Positions 15,094 to 19,777 of a DNA stretch of 19,777 nt are shown here, one piece after another. The stretch is from a virus (Duplodnaviria > Heunggongvirae > Uroviricota > Caudoviricetes): the IMG/VR virus record IMGVR_UViG_2850808358_000001; one strand, given 5' to 3'. The number at the start of each line of letters is the position of its first letter. Position 1 is the first letter of the stretch. The position numbers and the translations under genes are program-made. The notes below the pieces were generated by a model, which did no database searches, was not told the DNA's origin, and worked only from the letters and a program-made list of their open reading frames with translations.

Positions 15094-15125
15094 AAATAAA
15101 AAATCCCGAAAGCAGGCTCTATTCC
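15094..15125 (-). terminator. putative tR'-like terminator region (U-tract) ending the short pR' transcript
   Basis: Minus strand ...AGAGCCTGCTTTCGGGATTTTTTATTT about 180 nt downstream of pR'; resembles the lambda tR' 3' end as I recall it, but I could not fold a clean stem. Confidence 0.35.
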
Positions 15126-15282
15126 TATGTGCTCTCGAGTTTATGATGCGCATGTCAGTGCGCTTAGCGAAAAACGCCGTAAACCCTCGCCCGACAGGGC
15201 GGGGAGCAGTCACAACTTAAAGATGAGGTGGGTAAAAAACCGAAAGAATGTGAACGGATATAAACCTGCCATTCTTGAGTCA

Positions 15283-15311
15283 AATTTACCCAACTTTATT
15301 CAAAAAGTCAA
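15283..15311 (-). promoter_or_regulatory. late promoter pR' with qut-like region
   Basis: Minus strand TTGACT-N17-TAAATT followed by TTGACTCAAGAATGG; closely resembles lambda pR'/qut as I recall it; located ~40 bp downstream of Q. Confidence 0.65.
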
Positions 15312-15353
15312 TATCATGCCGTTAAGATATTGCCATCCATGGCAATCATGCCG

Positions 15354-15977
15354 CTAACGTGTGACCGCATTCAAAATGTTGTCTGCGATTGACTCTTCTT
15401 TGTGGCATTGCACCACCAGAGCGTCATACAGCGGCTTAACAGTGCGTGACCATGTGGGTTGGGTGAGGTTTGGGATTAGCATCGTTACAGCGCGATATGC
15501 TGCACTTGCTGGCATCCTTGAATAGCCGACACCTTTGCATCTTCCGCACTCTTTCTCGACAACTCTCCCCCACTGCTCTGTTTTGGCTATATCAACTGCC
15601 AGACCTGTTCCGTGGCAATCTCTGCATCTTGCGCCCGGCGTCGCGGCACTACGGCAATAATCCGCATAAGCGAATGTTGCGAGCACTTGCAGTACCTTTG
15701 CCTTAGTATTTCCTTCGAGCTTTGCCACACCACGGTATTTCCCCGATACCTTGTGTGCAAATTGCATCAGATAGTTGATAGCCTTTTGTTTGTCGTTCTG
15801 GCTGAGTTCATGCTTACCGCAAAATGCAGCCATTCCGAATCCGGCTTGTGATTGCGCCATCCCCATAGCAGCCATCACATCAGTACCGGAAAGAGAGTCA
15901 GAAGCCGTAGCCCGTGGTGAGTCGCTCATCATCGGGCTTTTTGGCGAATGAAATTTAGCTACGCTTTCGAGTCTCAT
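15354..15977 (-). CDS. Q: antitermination protein Q (Cys-rich type, as in phage 82/21-like Q)
   Basis: 207-aa ORF with CRDCHGTG...CGRCKGVGY zinc-binding-like motifs; directly upstream of pR'; ATG overlaps the upstream gene stop. Confidence 0.7.
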   Translation of the reverse strand: MRLESVAKFHSPKSPMMSDSPRATASDSLSGTDVMAAMGMAQSQAGFGMAAFCGKHELSQNDKQKAINYLMQFAHKVSGKYRGVAKLEGNTKAKVLQVLATFAYADYCRSAATPGARCRDCHGTGLAVDIAKTEQWGRVVEKECGRCKGVGYSRMPASAAYRAVTMLIPNLTQPTWSRTVKPLYDALVVQCHKEESIADNILNAVTR

Positions 15978-16162
15978 CGTCTTCCCCTCTTGCCCTGTTT
16001 GACCATCAGGACGCCGTTAACTATTACGTGACGCTCGCCTTTGCTGTCTCGGTTGTACTTGAGCACTGTTCCTCTTGCGCAGGAAAGCATCCTCGCCACT
16101 TCGGTCTGATTGCCTCGTGTCTGGATAAGAAGCTCTGGTATCGTTTGAATTGTGGCGTTCAT
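15974..16162 (-). CDS. small nin-region protein (62 aa), possibly DNA-binding
   Basis: ORF MNATIQTIPELLIQTRGNQTEVARMLSCARGTVLKY...; translationally coupled (ATGA overlaps) with rusA upstream and Q downstream. Confidence 0.5.
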   Translation of the reverse strand: MNATIQTIPELLIQTRGNQTEVARMLSCARGTVLKYNRDSKGERHVIVNGVLMVKQGKRGRR

Positions 16163-16521
16163 ACGTTCTCCAGTTCGGTGATTTTTATTCCAAGCCTTCC
16201 GCCTGGTACTTTCACACCACGAATTACGCGAATGTCATCGAATTGCTCGTCGTCTTCCGCAAATCCGGCGTGGATAAGAGAGTCGAGTAGCCCCTTCAGG
16301 ATGTTGTCGAGGTCGCGGCGGCGGGAGTCTGGAACGTCTGCGATGACTTTGATGCGGAGTCGTGCTTTGGTGAAAATATCTAACTTGAGTTGGCGGATGA
16401 TTTGCTGAACGTCTTTTCGGTATTTCTGGCCTTTATCGCTGATGTAGTATTGGCTTCCCCGTCTTCGCCAGTAGGTGTTCAGCGACGGTGGGTATGGAAG
16501 CACAAACTGATATTCGTTCAT
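16159..16521 (-). CDS. rusA: RusA Holliday-junction resolvase
   Basis: Motifs PPSLNTYW and DSRRRDLDNILKGLLDSL match the RusA family signature. Confidence 0.85.
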   Translation of the reverse strand: MNEYQFVLPYPPSLNTYWRRRGSQYYISDKGQKYRKDVQQIIRQLKLDIFTKARLRIKVIADVPDSRRRDLDNILKGLLDSLIHAGFAEDDEQFDDIRVIRGVKVPGGRLGIKITELENV

Positions 16522-16808
16522 GGCTTAATCTTCCCCTCCTTCAGCAGTATCGCCTGCGTCCTGATCACGCCTTCGAGGTGGTAAAGTCTGGCGTCTTTGT
16601 TGTCGAGGTTATGGGTGCGTCGGTCGATTTCATCGTGACACGCGCTACAAGCCCATGCGCCGATCAGGTCGTCAGGCTTCATTCCCGTTCCGCAAATTCC
16701 AGCCATCCGGTAATGTGCCAGAACTGTAGTTTCAGGATTGCCATTGCATACGCCGTAAATACGTACCTGGCATTCTCTGCCGCGCGCTTCTTTGCGTAAG
16801 TTAGCCAT
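16518..16808 (-). CDS. YbcO-like nin-region protein (DUF1364-type, Cys/His-rich putative nuclease)
   Basis: MANLRKEARGRECQVRIYGVCNGNPETTVLAH...CSACHDEIDRR resembles DLP12 YbcO as I recall it; GGAGG SD; upstream of rusA as in DLP12. Confidence 0.75.
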   Translation of the reverse strand: MANLRKEARGRECQVRIYGVCNGNPETTVLAHYRMAGICGTGMKPDDLIGAWACSACHDEIDRRTHNLDNKDARLYHLEGVIRTQAILLKEGKIKP

Positions 16809-17536
16809 TAAGCAGCCTCCCCTGTTACTTTCAGCATTCCGTTATAGAGCAGCTTTCTGGTCAGCCACTGTTGGCCACGCCCGGTGATTTTTGTGGTGAA
16901 CGATATCTGTATTCCGTGATTTGTGTTGACTGCTGTTTCTTTCACTGTGAAATAGCCGCGATCCATATATTCCTGCATTGGCACATTGCGCCGGGAACCT
17001 GAAGCAATAAGGATTTTGTGATCGCGCATCCACGCAAACAGTTTGTTTGGACCAATTCCAACAACCTTTGCAAAGTTTCCAATCAAAATTCCGCTGGCCT
17101 CGCTAACGCGATCGGCAAACTCAACTTTAGGTGCTGCGAGAGCAAGCTGTTTCTCCAGTTCAGCCTTCTGGTCTTCAAGGTCGGCCGCAAGGCGCAATGC
17201 CTCAGAAAAGGTTTGTGGGATTTTCGCGGTTGCCCCTTCAAGCTCTCGCCAACGGTCAACAAGACGAGCGGTGAATTCCGGCGACAACTGGGCAACGACA
17301 ATAATGCTGTCGCGCTTACCTTGTTCGCCTTCGAAGACGTAATGCTCGTACTGAACATTGAACCCTAAGTTATTGATTCTTTCGGAAACCTCAAATTGAG
17401 GATGCCGGATAACACCATTTTTAGCCAGCGTTTCGATGGTACGTTTCACATTGTCATGACGCTTACCCACCAACTCAGCGATTTCAATGCTGGTCATTTT
17501 GATGGCGTTGCTATTTATCAGCTCGTTCATTGTCAT
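16808..17536 (-). CDS. phage antirepressor (Rha-type N-terminal domain plus Ant-like C-terminal domain)
   Basis: N-terminus ...MTSIEIAELVGKRHDNVKRTIETL matches the Rha family signature; the likelier start is ATG 17530 (GAGG SD at 8 nt) rather than 17536. Confidence 0.75.
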   Translation of the reverse strand: MTMNELINSNAIKMTSIEIAELVGKRHDNVKRTIETLAKNGVIRHPQFEVSERINNLGFNVQYEHYVFEGEQGKRDSIIVVAQLSPEFTARLVDRWRELEGATAKIPQTFSEALRLAADLEDQKAELEKQLALAAPKVEFADRVSEASGILIGNFAKVVGIGPNKLFAWMRDHKILIASGSRRNVPMQEYMDRGYFTVKETAVNTNHGIQISFTTKITGRGQQWLTRKLLYNGMLKVTGEAA

Positions 17537-17553
17537 GTCCTCTCATATTGAAA

Positions 17554-17575
17554 ATTCAGCAATAAAAAACCCAGC
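17554..17575 (-). terminator. rho-independent terminator
   Basis: Minus strand CCCAGC-TTCG-GCTGGG hairpin followed by TTTTTT; downstream of the ORF ending at 17605. Confidence 0.6.
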
Positions 17576-17604
17576 CGAAGCTGGGTCGTTGCGTTGGCAA
17601 TCTG

Positions 17605-17976
17605 TCAGTAGTGATGTAGTGAAGGAGGTAATTCTTTGTTCTTAAGTCTTACCCATGCAGAAAGATTCGTTGGTCCGTCTGGCTCATTAATATCAACATC
17701 TCGTGTGTGATTGATTAAAACGTCTCTCGCCATTCCGATAACATACGAGAACTCATGACCGTAGTCGTGGCATCTGCCGGAATAGTTAGACTGAATTTGT
17801 CTTAGCGCCGGATACAGTTCGCGGAATAATGCCTGTGAGCGGTTGGCATAATCCCACAACCATACCAGACTGTTTGCATCTTTTGCAGAAAGCTCGCTGG
17901 TTTTCTTCTCGTGATGACCTGCGCTTTTCGAAGTCTGGCTGAAATAGCAGTCTTCCAGTTTTTCGAACACGTCCAT
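17605..17976 (-). CDS. hypothetical protein, or C-terminal part of a frameshifted ORF6N-domain gene
   Basis: 123-aa [17 protein letters not shown]... overlapping by ~175 nt the other open frame that continues from the ORF6N domain. Confidence 0.4.
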   Translation of the reverse strand: MDVFEKLEDCYFSQTSKSAGHHEKKTSELSAKDANSLVWLWDYANRSQALFRELYPALRQIQSNYSGRCHDYGHEFSYVIGMARDVLINHTRDVDINEPDGPTNLSAWVRLKNKELPPSLHHY

Positions 17977-18281
17977 GCCTGATCGGTTTCGAGCATCTTC
18001 GCGTGACGGGCTGCGCCTCGTTCTGTCCAGAGGATGAGCGAGCGGGCATTTTTACCAACTAACCCGATTGTTTCGGGTCTGTTCTTAAACTCGCGTAATT
18101 CGTTTTTTTCAATTTTAAAGTAATGCTTTCCTACCACGAATCGCATCGTGTTGTTCAGAAAATTATCAGAAATGTTTTTGATTTTTGTTCCGTATAACTG
18201 CGCCAGAAGTTCAGTTGTAATAACGGGGATCTGGTTGTGGGTGATTGCAGGAAGAGTGTCGACAGAAATTTGAGTGAGCAT
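17802..18281 (-). CDS. ORF6N-domain (antirepressor-like) protein
   Basis: ...[15 protein letters not shown]...NISDNFLNN...[14 protein letters not shown]...[24 protein letters not shown] fits the ORF6N-type domain pattern; ATG 18281 with GGAG SD; the ORF track extends the frame into IS600 because the IS end is open in that frame. Confidence 0.55.
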   Translation of the reverse strand: MLTQISVDTLPAITHNQIPVITTELLAQLYGTKIKNISDNFLNNTMRFVVGKHYFKIEKNELREFKNRPETIGLVGKNARSLILWTERGAARHAKMLETDQAWTCSKNWKTAISARLRKAQVITRRKPASFLQKMQTVWYGCGIMPTAHRHYSANCIRR

Positions 18282-18409
18282 AACGATAACTCCGTACATT
18301 TGGTCATTATCGCCACCTTCTGGTCTCAATAATCTGGTGGCGAGCTGAGGTAGCCTGAGTTTAACGGACACTCCTTCCTGAAATAGAATGGCATCAGAAG
18401 GAGCTAATA

Positions 18410-18712
18410 ATGAGCAGAAAAACCCAACGTTACTCTAAAGAGTTCAAAGCCGAAGCTGTCAGAACGGTTCTTGAAAATCAACTTTCGATCAGTGAAGGCG
18501 CTTCCCGATTATCCCTTCCTGAAGGCACTTTAGGACAATGGGTTACCGCCGCCAGAAAAGGGCTCGGTACTCCTGGTTCCCGCACGGTGGCTGAACTGGA
18601 ATCTGAAATTCTGCAACTGCGTAAGGCGTTAAATGAAGCTCGCCTTGAGCGAGATATATTAAAAAAAGCAACAGCGTATTTTGCACAGGAGTCGCTGAAA
18701 AATACGCGTTAA
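18410..18712 (+). CDS. IS3-family transposase OrfA
   Basis: Identical protein to copies 1 and 2. Confidence 0.9.
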   Translation: MSRKTQRYSKEFKAEAVRTVLENQLSISEGASRLSLPEGTLGQWVTAARKGLGTPGSRTVAELESEILQLRKALNEARLERDILKKATAYFAQESLKNTR

Positions 18713-18747
18713 TCGAACAATGGCGACAACAATTTCCCATTGAAGCG

Positions 18748-19564
18748 ATGTGTCAGGTATTTGGTGTATCCAGGAGCGGTTATTACAACCGGGTACAGCA
18801 TGAACCCTCAGACAGAAAACAAAGTGATGAGCGGCTAAAACTGGAGATTAAGGTGGCACATATCCGCACTCGCGAAACATATGGAACCCGGCGGCTCCAG
18901 ACGGAGCTGGCAGAGAATGGCATCATCGTTGGTCGTGACCGACTGGCACGTCTTCGTAAGGAGCTAAGGCTACGCTGTAAGCAGAAACGCAAGTTCAGAG
19001 CGACTACGAACCCGAACCACAATCTGCCAGTTGCGCCAAATCTGCTGAACCAGACGTTCGCTCCTACAGCACCAAATCAGGTCTGGGTGGCGGACCTGAC
19101 GTATGTTGCCACACAGGAGGGATGGTTGTACCTCGCTGGCATCAAAGATGTTTATACGTGCGAAATTGTCGGCTACGCCATGGGAGAGCGCATGACAAAA
19201 GAGCTGACAGGTAAAGCTCTGTTTATGGCGCTCAGGAGCCAGCGCCCACCTGCCGGGCTAATCCACCACTCTGATCGAGGTTCACAGTACTGCGCATACG
19301 ATTACCGGGTCATACAGGAGCAGTTTGGTCTGAAAACATCAATGTCGCGTAAAGGTAACTGTTACGACAACGCTCCGATGGAAAGCTTCTGGGAACGCTG
19401 AAAAATGAGAGCCTGAGCCACTATCGTTTTAATAACCGGGATGAAGCCATCTCAGTAATACGGGAATACATTGAGATTTTCTACAATCGTCAGCGTCGTC
19501 ACTCTCGTCTGGGGAATATCTCCCCGGCAGCCTTCAGGGAAAAATATCATCAGATGGCTGCTTA
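18748..19564 (+). pseudogene. IS3-family transposase OrfB inactivated by frameshift
   Basis: G-run is GGG at 19391..19393 where copies 1 and 2 have GGGG; the ORF stops prematurely at 19401 (217 aa instead of 272). Confidence 0.8.
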
Positions 19565-19608
19565 AAAAAAGAACAAATGGTAGTGTCCGCTATTGCCAGT
19601 ACACCTCA

Positions 19609-19777
19609 CCCTGACGTATACCCACAGACGACCCGTTTTCGTCTTTCCGTTCCCCGGGGCCAGTACTTTCACCGGAGTGTCATCTGCGTGCACCTTTCCT
19701 GCCTCCAGAACATAGTCATTCAGCGCTATATACAGAGGACGGAGTTTGTCTGCCATTTCTGATACCCAGCGCACCAT
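19609..19777 (-). pseudogene. IS66-family transposase fragment, interrupted by IS600 copy 3 and running off the window
   Basis: Frame ...HADDTPVKVLAPGNGKTKTGRLWVYVR ends exactly at the IS600 terminus; motif typical of IS66-family transposases. Confidence 0.6.

Larger units (their letters stand above)
18346..19608 (+). mobile_element. IS3-family insertion sequence (IS600-like), copy 3 (1263 bp; 1-bp deletion)
   Basis: Same termini as copy 2; flanking triplets AGC and CCC are non-identical; left flank is prophage DNA, right flank is an IS66-family transposase gene. Confidence 0.9.

Noticed and set aside
16028-16799. Plus-strand ORFs (16028..16408, 16390..16584, 16488..16799) in the nin region
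   Set aside because: Antisense to the tightly coupled ybcO-like/rusA/small/Q gene string; no translation signals.
17018-17368. ORFs in three frames within the antirepressor gene
   Set aside because: Overlap a gene with a recognisable Rha-type N-terminal domain; Ser/Ala/Arg-rich low-complexity translations typical of off-frame reads.
1-19777. CRISPR array or other short tandem repeat arrays
   Set aside because: No regularly spaced short direct repeats found; the only long repeats are the three IS copies.

Overview
The window is a decayed, rearranged lambdoid prophage (a P22/phage-21-like mosaic) in an enterobacterial, probably Shigella/E. coli-type, genome. It is punctuated by three direct copies of an IS3-family element that I recognise as IS600-like (1..1200 partial, 10750..12013, 18346..19608). 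The + strand carries the early-right arm: Cro, nutR, CII, O-like initiator, DnaB-like helicase, NinB, Dam-like methyltransferase. The - strand carries the leftward arm: CI, three unassigned lysogen-side ORFs, OL/pL, nutL, N-like antiterminator. A complete nin/Q/pR'/tRNA/lysis/terminase block (10293..18345) also lies on the - strand, i.e. inverted relative to the replication module. The large terminase gene is split at codon 6 by IS600 and is also 3'-truncated, so the prophage is almost certainly defective. A HigB/HigA-like toxin-antitoxin pair sits at the junction, and the right edge is an IS66-family transposase fragment interrupted by IS600. The most interesting candidate for an undescribed system is the cI-linked cassette (2799..4171) in the slot where lambda carries rexAB. 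All calls rest on reading the sequence and on remembered family signatures; no database search was run.
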